Source of the DNA: Spirochaetia bacterium
GTDB lineage: Bacteria > Spirochaetota > Spirochaetia > WTKD01 > G963693115
Length of the DNA stretch: 64,000 nt
Direction of reading: 5' to 3'
Assembly (NCBI GenBank): GCA_965226055.1
Contig: CBDDCA010000005.1
Coordinates: 512,001 to 576,000 of the forward strand
Both the position numbers and the translations under genes were made by a program. A model generated the notes under the pieces. It saw only the letters and a list, made by a program, of their open reading frames with translations. It did no database searches and had not been told where the DNA came from. Below are positions 1 through 12,064 of the stretch, piece by piece (positions within the stretch are counted from its first letter, which is position 1; each line of letters begins with the position of its first letter).

Positions 1-20
1 TATATGCTCTTTTTATACAA

Positions 21-59
21 AGAGAACCTATCATCTTACATAAGATGATTAGGTTCTCT
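21..59 (-). terminator. Likely intrinsic terminator of the first DUF285 gene
   Basis: Inverted repeat agagaacctatcatctta-ca-taagatgat(t)aggttctct lies 35 bp past the stop at 95. Related hairpins follow the two paralogs. Confidence 0.7.
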
Positions 60-94
60 CCTTTTGTAAAGACTGTAAAACTATATGTCTTACC

Positions 95-3000
95 CTACCG
101 AGATGTAGTAGGACCTTTGTATGTCCCTCCTGCCCAATCTGGCACCTTACTATTTTTCTCTAAATCAGTCCCCTTAAAAGCATTTGAGGTAGTAGGGCTC
201 GATCCTAAATGAACATTCCATTCATATATATCCTGATTAAAATCGTTAGCTCCTTCTAATATACTCGTAATATCATTCGTTCCTTCTATTGCCCAGCCTG
301 ATATATCTTGATTAAATGCTATTGCTTCCTTAAGCATTTCTCTGATATCCGTAACTTTCCTTACATCCCACTTTGTTATATCTCCATTAAATACAATATT
401 TCTCCGAAACATACCATTCATATTTGTAACTTTACTTATATCCCAGCTTGATATATCTCCATTAAATTTCGAAGTATGAAACATCTTTTTCATATTAGTA
501 ACATTTCCTACCTGCCAATACAATATGCCTCCATTTTTGCCTGTAAAAACAGATTTTTCGAACATAGCCTCCATATTCGTTACTTTACTTACATCCCAGC
601 CCGATATATCCCCATTAAATGCACCTGTTGGTCCCACACCTGATTGACCAAACATAAGTTTCATATTTGTAACGTTTCCCACTTTCCAATCCGAAATATC
701 TTGATTAAACGCTACTGCTATGAAAAACATAGCCTCCATATTTGTTACTTTACTTACATCCCAGCCTGATATATCCCCATTAAATGCACTTGCTCCTGCA
801 AACATATAACTCATATCTGTCACTTTACTTACATTCCATTGTGATACATCTCCATTAAACTGTGAATCTTCAAACATACGACTCATATTTGTCACCTTAC
901 TTGTATCCCAGCCTGATATATCCCCATTAAAATTTCTCAGATTACGATCATTAAATACTCTGCTCATATCCGTAATATTGCCTGTATAAATGACATTCAA
1001 ATCTGCACTGTTATTATCAGGTATATTATCACTATCGGTATCCATCACTGTTTTTATATTTTCTATCAACCTTGCTTTATTTGTTGGATAATACTTATAC
1101 TTATTCACTTGCATAGTAAATTCTTTTGTAGCCTTTTTTCCTACATATACACTGTTTCCAGTAAACACAATAGTATATTTTTTAGGCAACAATAATTTTA
1201 TAGAAGTTCCACTTATAGTACCATTTGTTGCATCAAAGGCCAATCCTGTATCTGCAGTAAATGTACTTGGCTCTATACTATATGTTCCTGTTGCATTAAA
1301 GATACTAGTACCAGTATTGCTTAGCGTAATACTAACATTCTTCTGCCCTACTACTACGGTAAATGATGATGAAACAGCTCCCTTGTATGTCTGAGACAAT
1401 GTATATATCCAGTCTGGTATTTTTTCATCAGAGAGAATGTATCCATTATTATTTTGATTATTAAACATATCCTCTGTTCTCACTTTCCTTCCTGCCATAT
1501 GTTCTCCCCATGCATCTAAATTTTGATCAAACGCTGTTGCTTCTCGAAACATTGAATGCATACCAGTTACTCTATCAACTGCCCAGCCTGATATATCTTG
1601 ATTAAACGCATCTGCTTTATAAAACATACCATTCATATCTGTAACTTTACTTACATCCCAGCCCGATATATCGCCATTAAATTTAGATTCCCCAAACATC
1701 TCTTCCATATCCGTAACATTACTTACATCCCAACCTGATATATTTCCATCAAAATTTCTCAATGCACTATCATGAAATACTTCATTCATATCTGTTATAT
1801 CACCTGTATATATGACATTCAAATCCGCATTATTATTATTAGGACTTCCATCATTGTTGGTATCCATCACATCCTTTATTGCTATCAATAATTGTGTTCT
1901 ACTATTAGGATAATAACTATATGTATTGGCAAGCTGCACTATCTCTATAGTAAACTCTTTAGATGCAATTTTTCCATTATATACACCATTTCCTGTAAAT
2001 TTGATAGCATATGTTTTACGAGACAATGCTTTGTTAGGGACACCACTTATTGTGCCATTTTGCGCATTAAGCTGTAATCCTGTGTCTATAGTAAATGTAC
2101 TTGGCTCTATACTATATGTTCCTGTCGCATCAAAAGTGCTAACACCAGTATTACTCAATGTAATATTCGTATTTCTTTGCCCTACTCCTATTTTGAATGA
2201 GGAAACAACAGCTCCTAGATATGTCTGCGAAAATGTATATACCCAACCTGGCATTTTTTCTTTAGAGAGAATGTACCCATTATTATCTCGATTACTCAAT
2301 ATATTTGTTATATTTACTTTCCTTCCTGCTATATGCTCTCCCCAGGCGTCTAAATTTTGATTAAATGCTGCTGCTCCTTGAAACATTGACTCCATAGTAG
2401 TCACACTATCAACTGCCCACCTTGATATATCTTGATTAAAAGTGCTTGTAAAACCAAACATCGCTTTCATGCTGGTAACATTACTTACGTCCCAGCCTGA
2501 TATATCCCCATTAAATGAATCTGCACCAATGAACATACTTTCCATATCTATAACATTCCCTACATCCCAACCCGATATATCCTGATTAAATGAATCTGCA
2601 CCAGCAAACATACTTTCCATATTTGTGACATTCTTCACATCCCAGCCTGATATATCTCCATTAAATGAATCTGCATCTAAAAACATACTTTCCATATTTT
2701 TGACATTCCCTACATCCCAGCTTGATATATCGCCATTAAAATTATTTAATGCTCTGGTATAAAATACTCTACTCATATCTGTTATATCCCCTGTATAAAT
2801 ACTTTTTAAGTCTGCCGTATTACCATCAGGGGTTCCATCACCATCGCCATCTGCAGCCATCACCGTTTTTATCACTGTTATCAAATCTTCTTTCGTTACT
2901 GGAAAATACTTGTATGTATATGTACCACTTTTATCATCCACTTGCATAGCAAACAGAATTGTAGCTCTTTTTCCAGCATATGCACCACTCCCTGTAAATG

Positions 3001-6000
3001 TAATAGTATAGTTTTTACGAGACAATGCTATCGTTGATGTACCACTGATAGCTCCACTACTTGTATCAAATACCAATCCTGTATCGGCAGCAAAGGTACT
3101 TGGCTCTATACTATACGATCCTGTTGCATTAAAAGTACTAACACCAGCATTATTCAGCGTAATATTTACTGACCGTCCTTTCAATAAAAGAAATAAGTGA
3201 GAACTTCTCCCTTGATAGGTCTGAGAAAGTGCATACCTCCATGTTGGTACCTTTACATCAGGTAAAATAATTCCATTCCCTGCTGTATTCTTAAATATAT
3301 TTGCTATATTTACTGTTCTTCCTGCCATATGTTCTCCCCATGCATCCAAATCTTGATCAAACGCTGCTGCTCCAGTAAACATATTCTGCATAGTAGTTAC
3401 ACTATCAACTGCCCAGCTTGATATATCTTGATTAAAGGAAGTTGCTTGATAGAACATATAGCTCATATTAGTCAGATTGCTTACATTCCAGCTTGATATA
3501 TCCTGATTAAACGCTGTTGCATTACCAAACATACCAGCCATATTTGCAACCTTACTTACATTCCAGCCTGATATATCCCCATTAAACTTACTCGCATTAA
3601 ACATATCTCGCATATTTGTAACTTTGCCTACATCCCAATTTGTTATGTCTCCGTTTTCCCCTGTAAACTTACTTGCATTAAACATATTTCGCATATTTGT
3701 AACCTTACTTACGTCCCAGCCTGATATATCTCCATTAAAATTTCTCAAGGAAGCATCATTAAATACTCCATTCATATCTGTTATATCCCCTGTATAAATA
3801 CTATTTAAGTCTGCTGTATTACCATCAGGGGTTCCATCACCATCGCTATCCGCAGCCATCACCGTTTTTATATTTGCTATTAACTCTGCTTTATCTGTAG
3901 GTTGATAACTATACTTCCCTGCTACTATGGTCATACTAAAAGGAATCTTATAGCTCTTTCCTGCGTAATCTCCTGTTCCACGAAAGGTAAGTGTATATGT
4001 TTTTTTACTTTGCACTTTATTTGGACTCCCACTTATAGTTCCTGTATTTGTGTCTAATGTGAGTCCTATATCTGTCTGTATGTTAGGGGTTATAGTATAG
4101 TTTCCCGTTGCCGTAGCAGGATACTTTTTCTTTACCGTTATCGTACCATTATCTTCTATGGCAGTTCCTACTACTCCATCTATAATATTGCTTTCATTTC
4201 CATCAACAGTAAGGACAAAATCATAGAGCCATGTAGGTATCTTACTTTCGGAAAATATCAAACCACTATTATCTGATGTATTGAATATTCCTTTTGTACT
4301 CACTGTTCGTCCGATCATATGCTCTCCCCATGCGTCCAAATTTTTATCAAACGCTGTTGCTCCTTGAAACATGCTGTTTACATTGACAACACTCTCTATG
4401 TCCCAATCCGATATATCCTGATTAAAGGCTTCTGCTTCACCAAACATCCAATCCATAGTGACCACTTTACTAACATTCCAAGCTGATATATCCTGATCAA
4501 ATACTGTGTTTTTATAGAACATCAATCTCATACTAGTAACATTAAGAACATCCCATCCAGTTATATCCTTGTTATATGATGTTTCTCGAAACATTTCGTT
4601 CATAGTGGTAACACTCCTTACATCCCAGCCTGATATATCCCCAACATATGATGACTTCCTAAACATATCATTCATATTTTCTACATTCCCTACATCCCAA
4701 TTTGTTATATCTCCATTTTCCCCTGTAAACTTTGATTCCTCAAACATACTGCTCATGTTTGTCACATTCTTTACATCCCAGCCCGATATATCGCCATTAA
4801 AATCTCTCAAGTCACTATCATAAAATACCCCACTCATATCTTTTATGTACCCTGTATATATAACATTCAAATCAGCACTGTTATCATTAGGACTATCATC
4901 ATTATTGGTATCCATTACTGTTTTTATATTTGCTATTAACTGTGCTTTTGTCTTAGGAAAATACGTCTTACTGCTTACATCACGTATTGTTATACTGAGA
5001 GTAGTACTTTTTCGTTTCCCTGCATAATCACCATTTCCTACAAAGGTTATAGTATACTCTTTTGTAAGCAATGCTTTCGTGGAGCTACCACTTATCGTTC
5101 CTGTATTTGCATCAAACGCTAATCCTGTATCTGCTACAAATGTATCGGGAGTTATACTGTATGTTCCTGTTGCTTCTGTTGGAGTTCTTTCAATAGACAA
5201 AGCAATATTTGTATCATACGTAGTAAATACTCTCTCACTTACAGTCACGTTATTGTCTTGATACCTAAGAGTATAGAGCCATGTAGGAATACGTACACCA
5301 GATATTTGAGAATCTTTGAATATATCGGTAGTATTTATGGTTCTTCCTGACAAATGCTCGCCCCATGCTTCTAAATCTTTATCAAATACTGTTGCTCCTT
5401 CAAACATTGACTCCATATTAGTAACATTACTTACATCCCATTTTGATATATCCCTAGTAAATTTCGAATCACGAAACATATTCTCCATATCAGAAACATT
5501 ACTTACATCCCAACCCGATATATCCCCAGTAAATTGTGAGCTACGAAACATATTAGCCATCACAGTTACTTTACTTACATCCCAGCCTGATATATCCTCA
5601 TTAAATTGCGAGTCACGAAACATACCAAACATATCTACAACATTATTTACCTTCCAGTTTGATATATCGCCAGTAAATTGACTGTTTTGAAACATACTAG
5701 TCATATTTACAACATTACTTACATCCCATTTTGATATATCGCCATTAAATTCCGATCCACGAAACATACTATCCATATTTGCAACATTACTTACCTTCCA
5801 GTTTGATATATCGCCATTAAATTGCGAGTCACGAAACATACTATCCATATCTTTGACATTACTCACATCCCATTTTGATATATCTCCAGTAAATAATTTC
5901 GTATTGAAAAACATAGCACTCATATCTGTAACATTCCCTACATCCCAACTTGATATATCGCCATTAAATTCCGATCCATGAAACATACTATCCATTACAG

Positions 6001-8137
6001 TTACTTTACTTACATTCCAACTTGATATATCCCCATTAAATTTCGAAGCATAAAACATATTACTCATATTCTTCACATTACTTACATCCCAATCTGATAT
6101 ATCGCCATTAAAATCTCTCAATGTATAATCACTAAACACCCTACTCATATCCGTAACATTTCCTGTAAAAATTACATTCAAATCTGCTTTGTTATCATCT
6201 AGCCACCCATCATCATTGAGATCCATTTCATCTTTTATTGCTGCTATCAGTTCTGTTTTATTTGTAGGAAAATATGCGTACTTTCCTTGATTTGCCTTTA
6301 CCTCTAATGACAATGGCACAGTAGTACTCTTGCCTTGAAACTTAGCATCCCCAGTAAAAGTAATCGTATATGCTTTCTTTGCTACTTCTTTTGTTGTTAT
6401 TCCTCTTATTGTGCCATCTTTTGTACTAAATGATAATCCTGTATCTGTTTCAAATGTATTTGGCTCTATACTGTACACTCCTGTTGCAGTTGATGGAATT
6501 TGCTTTTGAACACTCACTGCTATGCTTTGCCCTAGAAATGTAATAGTATTTCCATGTAACTTAAACTCATAGAGCCATGTAGGTATGTTATTATCAGATA
6601 CATTAGCATTAACAAATATATCTGATGTATTTACTGTTCTTCCTGCTATATGCTCTCCCCATGCTTCTAAATCTTGATCAAATACTGCTGCTTTGCGAAA
6701 CATCTGTTGCATTGTAGTTACACTATCAACTGCCCATATTGATATATCTTTATTAAACACTTTTGCTTCTCTAAACATACTATACATACTTACAACATTA
6801 CTTACATCCCAACTTGATATATCCCCATTAAATTGCGATTCCTCAAACATATACCCCATATCTGTCACTTTACTGACATCCCAACTTGATATATCCCCAG
6901 TAAATTGTGAAGAATAAAACATTCCACGCATATTAGTAACATTCCCTACCTTCCATCTTGCTATTCCCCCATTCTCTCCTGTATACTTTGATTCAGAAAA
7001 CATTTGTCGCATATTCTTTGCATTACTGACATCCCACATTGAGATATCCCCATTAAACTCTTTTAATATTTCATTGTTAAATACATAACTCATATCAGTA
7101 ATAGCACTTACATCAATACCATTAAGATCTGCTGTAACATTATCAAGAAGTCCATTCCCATCAATATCTAATATCACTTTTAAGAGTGCTATTAGCTCTT
7201 CTTTTGACTTAGGAGCTGTCGAGTAATCTTTCACTGACACTGATAACTTTGCTTTTATATTTTTATTTTCTTCCTTATCGAAATATCCTGTTCCTGTAAA
7301 AGTAATGGTAAATTTCTTTGGTGTTCCTGCTGTTATTGTCTTAATATCTCCTGCCTTTGCTGTTATTATTCCTGTACTTTTATCAAAATTCATTCCTGTT
7401 GGAAGGGCATCTCCTGCTACTACTGGTGTCAATGTAAATGTTCCTGTTGCTGTTACTGGCCACCGAGTGATAGATATATTGACTGCTTGTCCTACTATTG
7501 CCACTACTATTTTTGGTTCTAGTAGAACTTCTAATGTCAACCATCTTGGATTCTCAGTAACTCCTGAATTCTTAAATACATCGTTACTCACTTTACTTAC
7601 CGCAGGAGCTACTGCCCATGCTTTAAGATCTTGAGTAAATGCAGATGCTCCTTCAAACATACTGTTAATCTGTGTTACCTTGCTTACATCCCAACCTGAT
7701 ATATCGCTATTAAATACTGTGGCTCCCTTAAACATATTACCCATGTTTGTTACTTTGCTTACATCCCAGTTTGATATCCCTCCACGAAACCCTGTTACTC
7801 CTTCAAACATACCACTCATATTTGTAACATTACTTACATTCCATTTTGATATATTCCCATTAAAGGTAGGATACTGCGTAAACAAATTACTCATATCAGT
7901 AACCTTACTTGTATCTATATCATTTAAGTCTGCATTTTTATCTTTCCCTACCCTATCAGATATAAGCTGTAACAATTGTGCTTTTGTAGTAGGTTGTAAA
8001 TCTCCCCCCCCACCTCCAGGAGGAGTAGGGGTATCTCCGCCAGAAGATGATCCTCCGCTTGGTTCTTCACAACTAATCAATACTGCTAACAGCATTACAC
8101 ACACAATAATTCCTATATAAAAACTATTATTTTTCAT
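95..8137 (-). CDS. Giant surface lipoprotein, DUF285/BspA-type LRR repeats alternating with Ig-like (He_PIG-like) domains; paralog 1 (8 repeat blocks, 7 Ig-like spacers)
   Basis: 2680-aa ORF; lipobox LISC then Gly/Ser/Pro linker; many FNGDISxWDVSxVTxMxxMF repeats; spacers of type YSIxP..DTGLxFD...GTISG..T. Confidence 0.9.
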   Translation of the reverse strand: MKNNSFYIGIIVCVMLLAVLISCEEPSGGSSSGGDTPTPPGGGGGDLQPTTKAQLLQLISDRVGKDKNADLNDIDTSKVTDMSNLFTQYPTFNGNISKWNVSNVTNMSGMFEGVTGFRGGISNWDVSKVTNMGNMFKGATVFNSDISGWDVSKVTQINSMFEGASAFTQDLKAWAVAPAVSKVSNDVFKNSGVTENPRWLTLEVLLEPKIVVAIVGQAVNISITRWPVTATGTFTLTPVVAGDALPTGMNFDKSTGIITAKAGDIKTITAGTPKKFTITFTGTGYFDKEENKNIKAKLSVSVKDYSTAPKSKEELIALLKVILDIDGNGLLDNVTADLNGIDVSAITDMSYVFNNEILKEFNGDISMWDVSNAKNMRQMFSESKYTGENGGIARWKVGNVTNMRGMFYSSQFTGDISSWDVSKVTDMGYMFEESQFNGDISSWDVSNVVSMYSMFREAKVFNKDISIWAVDSVTTMQQMFRKAAVFDQDLEAWGEHIAGRTVNTSDIFVNANVSDNNIPTWLYEFKLHGNTITFLGQSIAVSVQKQIPSTATGVYSIEPNTFETDTGLSFSTKDGTIRGITTKEVAKKAYTITFTGDAKFQGKSTTVPLSLEVKANQGKYAYFPTNKTELIAAIKDEMDLNDDGWLDDNKADLNVIFTGNVTDMSRVFSDYTLRDFNGDISDWDVSNVKNMSNMFYASKFNGDISSWNVSKVTVMDSMFHGSEFNGDISSWDVGNVTDMSAMFFNTKLFTGDISKWDVSNVKDMDSMFRDSQFNGDISNWKVSNVANMDSMFRGSEFNGDISKWDVSNVVNMTSMFQNSQFTGDISNWKVNNVVDMFGMFRDSQFNEDISGWDVSKVTVMANMFRSSQFTGDISGWDVSNVSDMENMFRDSKFTRDISKWDVSNVTNMESMFEGATVFDKDLEAWGEHLSGRTINTTDIFKDSQISGVRIPTWLYTLRYQDNNVTVSERVFTTYDTNIALSIERTPTEATGTYSITPDTFVADTGLAFDANTGTISGSSTKALLTKEYTITFVGNGDYAGKRKSTTLSITIRDVSSKTYFPKTKAQLIANIKTVMDTNNDDSPNDNSADLNVIYTGYIKDMSGVFYDSDLRDFNGDISGWDVKNVTNMSSMFEESKFTGENGDITNWDVGNVENMNDMFRKSSYVGDISGWDVRSVTTMNEMFRETSYNKDITGWDVLNVTSMRLMFYKNTVFDQDISAWNVSKVVTMDWMFGEAEAFNQDISDWDIESVVNVNSMFQGATAFDKNLDAWGEHMIGRTVSTKGIFNTSDNSGLIFSESKIPTWLYDFVLTVDGNESNIIDGVVGTAIEDNGTITVKKKYPATATGNYTITPNIQTDIGLTLDTNTGTISGSPNKVQSKKTYTLTFRGTGDYAGKSYKIPFSMTIVAGKYSYQPTDKAELIANIKTVMAADSDGDGTPDGNTADLNSIYTGDITDMNGVFNDASLRNFNGDISGWDVSKVTNMRNMFNASKFTGENGDITNWDVGKVTNMRDMFNASKFNGDISGWNVSKVANMAGMFGNATAFNQDISSWNVSNLTNMSYMFYQATSFNQDISSWAVDSVTTMQNMFTGAAAFDQDLDAWGEHMAGRTVNIANIFKNTAGNGIILPDVKVPTWRYALSQTYQGRSSHLFLLLKGRSVNITLNNAGVSTFNATGSYSIEPSTFAADTGLVFDTSSGAISGTSTIALSRKNYTITFTGSGAYAGKRATILFAMQVDDKSGTYTYKYFPVTKEDLITVIKTVMAADGDGDGTPDGNTADLKSIYTGDITDMSRVFYTRALNNFNGDISSWDVGNVKNMESMFLDADSFNGDISGWDVKNVTNMESMFAGADSFNQDISGWDVGNVIDMESMFIGADSFNGDISGWDVSNVTSMKAMFGFTSTFNQDISRWAVDSVTTMESMFQGAAAFNQNLDAWGEHIAGRKVNITNILSNRDNNGYILSKEKMPGWVYTFSQTYLGAVVSSFKIGVGQRNTNITLSNTGVSTFDATGTYSIEPSTFTIDTGLQLNAQNGTISGVPNKALSRKTYAIKFTGNGVYNGKIASKEFTIEIVQLANTYSYYPNSRTQLLIAIKDVMDTNNDGSPNNNNADLNVIYTGDITDMNEVFHDSALRNFDGNISGWDVSNVTDMEEMFGESKFNGDISGWDVSKVTDMNGMFYKADAFNQDISGWAVDRVTGMHSMFREATAFDQNLDAWGEHMAGRKVRTEDMFNNQNNNGYILSDEKIPDWIYTLSQTYKGAVSSSFTVVVGQKNVSITLSNTGTSIFNATGTYSIEPSTFTADTGLAFDATNGTISGTSIKLLLPKKYTIVFTGNSVYVGKKATKEFTMQVNKYKYYPTNKARLIENIKTVMDTDSDNIPDNNSADLNVIYTGNITDMSRVFNDRNLRNFNGDISGWDTSKVTNMSRMFEDSQFNGDVSQWNVSKVTDMSYMFAGASAFNGDISGWDVSKVTNMEAMFFIAVAFNQDISDWKVGNVTNMKLMFGQSGVGPTGAFNGDISGWDVSKVTNMEAMFEKSVFTGKNGGILYWQVGNVTNMKKMFHTSKFNGDISSWDISKVTNMNGMFRRNIVFNGDITKWDVRKVTDIREMLKEAIAFNQDISGWAIEGTNDITSILEGANDFNQDIYEWNVHLGSSPTTSNAFKGTDLEKNSKVPDWAGGTYKGPTTSR

Positions 8138-8209
8138 ACTTGTCTCCTTATGTATTCCATAATTATATTATTATTGCTTATTATACACCATATGCAATAT
8201 TATAGTTTT

Positions 8210-8327
8210 TGTATTTTTACCAGCTCGTGTGCCCCCAAAACCATAATAACAACTATACTATCATGGAAATAACAAATAAAAACAAAAAAAGAGAGAGAGT
8301 ACATAATATACTCTAAACTATATAATA
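8210..8327 (+). mobile_element. Degenerate left-end fragment of the IS at 16409-17623
   Basis: tgtatttttaccagctcgtgtgcccccaaaa...tatactatcatggaaataa...gagtacataatatactcta aligns with 16409-16530. The transposase ATG has become ATA. Confidence 0.85.
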
Positions 8328-8368
8328 AAAAAGTACTTTCTGATATCTGTTATTTTATTTTTGATTTT

Positions 8369-11149
8369 CTATTGATATACCAAATTTTTGTTATATTTTT
8401 TTGTAGTTGAGGTTGTTGATAGAAATTTCGTTGCTTTTTTAGTGACTCTTTTATCATATTGGCTTATATGGAAAGTATCATTATCTTTTATCCCTAACAT
8501 AATATTACTTCCTTCTTTTATCTCTGCTTTCAAAATTGAGGAAGCAACACAATCTTCTATCTCCCGTATCCCTTTTGCAATACTTCTTGCTCCGTATTCT
8601 TTTTGATAATATTTATTGAGTAAAAGCTGTTCCACACTTTTCTCTATTTGCACCTCTATTTTATGCTTTTTTAGATCAATTTCCAATGCATGCAACATAT
8701 TACGTATAATAATCTGTACTTGTTCCTTTTGTAAAAGATTAAATACTACAATATCATTAAATCTATTTATGAGTTCAGGACGAAATAATTTTTTCACTTC
8801 CTGCATTGCAAGAATTTCTACATTTTTATTATCAATAGTTTTGTTTGAGAATCCTACTAATTGAGATTGAAGTATCTCTTTAGAACCTACATTAGAAGTA
8901 AATATAATGATACTATGCCGAAAATCAGCATATTCACCTCTTTGTCCTTGCAATGTTCCTTCTTCTAGAATTTGTAAAAAAATATCATAAATTCTTGGAT
9001 GAGCTTTTTCTATTTCGTCAAATAAAAGTACTTGGTGAGGACGTCTTCGTACACTCTTAATAAGAATACCACTTTCTTCATATCCTACATAACCAGGAGG
9101 AGATCCAATTAAACGATTGATACTATTTGATTCTGAATAATCTCCCATATCAAAACGAGTGAGTGCTTCTTCTACACCATATAATTGCTGTGCAAGTTGC
9201 CTGGCAGTGAAGGTTTTTCCTACCCCAGAAGGGCCAAGAAATATAAAAGATCCCATAGGTTGACGTGATGAACGCAAGCCTAAAATTCCCCGACTGACAC
9301 TAGCAGTAACGGCTTGTATTGCCTCATCTTGACCAATAATAGTTTGTTTCAATCTTTCTTCAAAATTGTTTAGTAAGGTAATATTTTTACTCTGTAAGTT
9401 TTCTTGATTTATCCCCGTTATTTTAGAAACAATTTCACGAACATTTTTTGGATTTATACGTGTTTGTTTATATGTAAAAGCATGAATAAGCTTTTTTTGT
9501 AACTCTCTTCTTTTTTGAGTAGTAGCATAAAATTTATCTATATTTAAGGTGTAGTCATCGCTACCTGTATCAGAAGAATCAGCAGAGCTATCATTTGTAT
9601 CCTTATTTTCTTGTTGATTATCTTTATGCTGCACCTTGTTATGTTTTTGTGTCTTTCGGATGGTGCTAATAAGAGAATTTTCTTCTTTTATGAGTTCTTT
9701 TAATTCTTTTGGTGCTTGCACTTTATTCAACGATGTATATGAACCAATCTCATCTAAAAGATCGATGGCTTTATCAGGAAGTTTTCTATCAAAAAAATAG
9801 TTTGATGATAGCTTTACAATTTCATGAATTGCATCTGAGCTAAAACGAACATTATGCTTTTCTTCATAGACATTTTTTATTTGCTGCAACGCTAACACAG
9901 TGGCTTGCTGAGACATTTCTTGTATTTCTATCAGCTGCAAACGTCTTTGAAATGCTTTATCTACTTCAATATGTTTACGGTACTCTTCAAAAGTAGTAGC
10001 GCCTATGCAGGAAATAGTTCCTCGTGCTAAGGCAGGCTTTAGTATTCCTGCTGCGTCCATAGTGAGTCCTGACGCAAGCCCAGTACCAACAATATGGTGA
10101 AATTCATCAATAAAAAGAAAGATTTTCCGTTTTTTAGATTGTTGCACTACCTCATTTACTATATTCATCAGACGTTCTTCAAAGTCTCCTCGATACCGTG
10201 TACCTGCAGTAAGAGAAGTTAAATTTAGCTCTAATATACGTGAATCTAACAGAGGGAGAGGGGCATCCCCTATAGCAATTCTTCTTGCTAATTCTTCAAC
10301 AATAGCAGTTTTTCCTACTCCTGCATCCCCTACAAGTAATGGATTATTTTTTTGTTTTCTCAAAAGAACTCGAAATACTTTTTCTATTTCTTCATCTCTT
10401 CCATGTATAATATATGTTTTGTCTTCATAAAACTTTTTAGTTAAATCAATACAATATTTTTGCAACTCATCTGTTTTTTTCAACTGGTATCCAGAAACTT
10501 TTTCTATAGTTTGTTTAGAATATTGTTGTTCATTGTCCTGAGAAGAAACTTTACTTTTATTCAAAGATAATGTAAATTCATCAGAATCAGATTTTTCTTG
10601 ACTAGTACTAGTATAGGCATCTTCCGTATCTGAAGCTATTTGCTTGTTAGGGCTATCTCCTTGTACTTCATTTCGTTTTTCCTTAAGAAATTTATGATAA
10701 TGCTTTCGAAAATCGTCCAAAGCAAGATGATGTCTCATCAAAATGACATTTGCAATAGATTGCTCATCTGCACAACAAGCGAGAAACAATGAAAATGTGT
10801 CAAGTATATTTTGATTATAGTTACGAGATTCATCAATAGCTTGTAAAATAATTTTCTTTGTTCTTTGAGATATTGCTGGCTCAATAAGCACGTTATAGTA
10901 CACTAAAATATTCTTGCTTGATATAGCTTCTTCATCACTTATTTTATCCATATGACTTTCAAGAATACATTGAAAATGTACCATATCAATAATCTCATCC
11001 AGCATAGTAAATACTTTTTCACCAGCATCTTTTAATAAAGCTATGAGAATATGCTCAGGTTGTACAACTTTGTGTTGAAAACGCTGCATTTCTATAAGAG
11101 CTAAATTATTGATAATTCTATTACTGTTTTCTGAAAGACCTTGAAACAT
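8369..11149 (-). CDS. clpC: ATP-dependent Clp protease ATPase subunit (ClpC/ClpA-B family)
   Basis: Clp N-domain; two AAA+ modules ([12 protein letters not shown] and [18 protein letters not shown]); [14 protein letters not shown]; FRPELINR. Confidence 0.9.
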   Translation of the reverse strand: MFQGLSENSNRIINNLALIEMQRFQHKVVQPEHILIALLKDAGEKVFTMLDEIIDMVHFQCILESHMDKISDEEAISSKNILVYYNVLIEPAISQRTKKIILQAIDESRNYNQNILDTFSLFLACCADEQSIANVILMRHHLALDDFRKHYHKFLKEKRNEVQGDSPNKQIASDTEDAYTSTSQEKSDSDEFTLSLNKSKVSSQDNEQQYSKQTIEKVSGYQLKKTDELQKYCIDLTKKFYEDKTYIIHGRDEEIEKVFRVLLRKQKNNPLLVGDAGVGKTAIVEELARRIAIGDAPLPLLDSRILELNLTSLTAGTRYRGDFEERLMNIVNEVVQQSKKRKIFLFIDEFHHIVGTGLASGLTMDAAGILKPALARGTISCIGATTFEEYRKHIEVDKAFQRRLQLIEIQEMSQQATVLALQQIKNVYEEKHNVRFSSDAIHEIVKLSSNYFFDRKLPDKAIDLLDEIGSYTSLNKVQAPKELKELIKEENSLISTIRKTQKHNKVQHKDNQQENKDTNDSSADSSDTGSDDYTLNIDKFYATTQKRRELQKKLIHAFTYKQTRINPKNVREIVSKITGINQENLQSKNITLLNNFEERLKQTIIGQDEAIQAVTASVSRGILGLRSSRQPMGSFIFLGPSGVGKTFTARQLAQQLYGVEEALTRFDMGDYSESNSINRLIGSPPGYVGYEESGILIKSVRRRPHQVLLFDEIEKAHPRIYDIFLQILEEGTLQGQRGEYADFRHSIIIFTSNVGSKEILQSQLVGFSNKTIDNKNVEILAMQEVKKLFRPELINRFNDIVVFNLLQKEQVQIIIRNMLHALEIDLKKHKIEVQIEKSVEQLLLNKYYQKEYGARSIAKGIREIEDCVASSILKAEIKEGSNIMLGIKDNDTFHISQYDKRVTKKATKFLSTTSTTKKYNKNLVYQ

Positions 11150-11201
11150 CCTTGTTTCCTATGTTATCCTTATATTTTTAAATTATATATTTACTCTATT
11201 A

Positions 11202-11228
11202 GTATCGACAAAACAAAACAAAACTTTA
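11202..11228 (-). promoter_or_regulatory. sigma28 (FliA)-like promoter upstream of clpC
   Basis: Minus strand reads TAAA-N15-GTCGATAC against the consensus TAAA-N15-GCCGATAA, about 50 bp upstream of the ATG. Confidence 0.6.
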
Positions 11229-11358
11229 AATTATATCTTCTGTCAATTTATAGTAATAGAAATGCTTGTGGTGTAGTTTTTGTTTGGCTTCTAGTTTGAA
11301 TTTCCACTCGCACTTGCGAGTAAGACAAAGTATAAAAAAAATACTATTATATATACAT

Positions 11359-11985
11359 ATGATAAAAGAATTTATTGAGACTCAAACAATCAAAAAGAAT
11401 GCGTTTTTTCTTGCAGAAAAGATTTATGATGATGGTTTTATTCCTTCTGTAATCTATGTGAGCTTACGCGGAGGAGCTATACTAGGAAACATTATTAGTG
11501 AGTATTTTAAGCTGTCAGCACATCCTTCTTTTCCTCCAATTTATGGAGCTGTTGTTATTCATTCATATGCTACTGTACAAAAAACAACAAACATTACTAT
11601 TGATGGATGGACATATCCTCCGAGTAAACTACGAAGGCATGATAAGGTACTTCTTGTTGATGATATATTTGATTCGGGCAGAACTATCAATAAGTTATGC
11701 GAAATTTTAGAGGAACAAGGAGTAATAAGAGAAAATTTGAAAATTGCAGTGCATGATTACAAAATTCGCAAATTTATTTCAACTCAACATCCATTTGTTC
11801 CTGATTATTATTGCAGAAAAATTGAAATTCCTACACAAGAAGAAGATACTTGGATACATTATCTTAGTCATGAAATAGATGGCTTAAATACACAAGAGAT
11901 TGAAACACACTATGATAGAACCTTACAAGCACCTATAAAAAAACTCATAGAAAGAAGAGCTCAAAAGTTACAAGAGCATTCTTGA
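11359..11985 (+). CDS. Type I phosphoribosyltransferase (purine PRT-like)
   Basis: PRPP-binding motif VLLVDDIFDSGRT; SLRGGA; start placed at ATG 11359. Confidence 0.8.
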   Translation: MIKEFIETQTIKKNAFFLAEKIYDDGFIPSVIYVSLRGGAILGNIISEYFKLSAHPSFPPIYGAVVIHSYATVQKTTNITIDGWTYPPSKLRRHDKVLLVDDIFDSGRTINKLCEILEEQGVIRENLKIAVHDYKIRKFISTQHPFVPDYYCRKIEIPTQEEDTWIHYLSHEIDGLNTQEIETHYDRTLQAPIKKLIERRAQKLQEHS

Positions 11986-12064
11986 CAAAACAATAAATAG
12001 CCTAATATCCAAAGTACAGTACCTTGTACTAGCATCTATAGTACACAAATACTCTCTCCTATGT

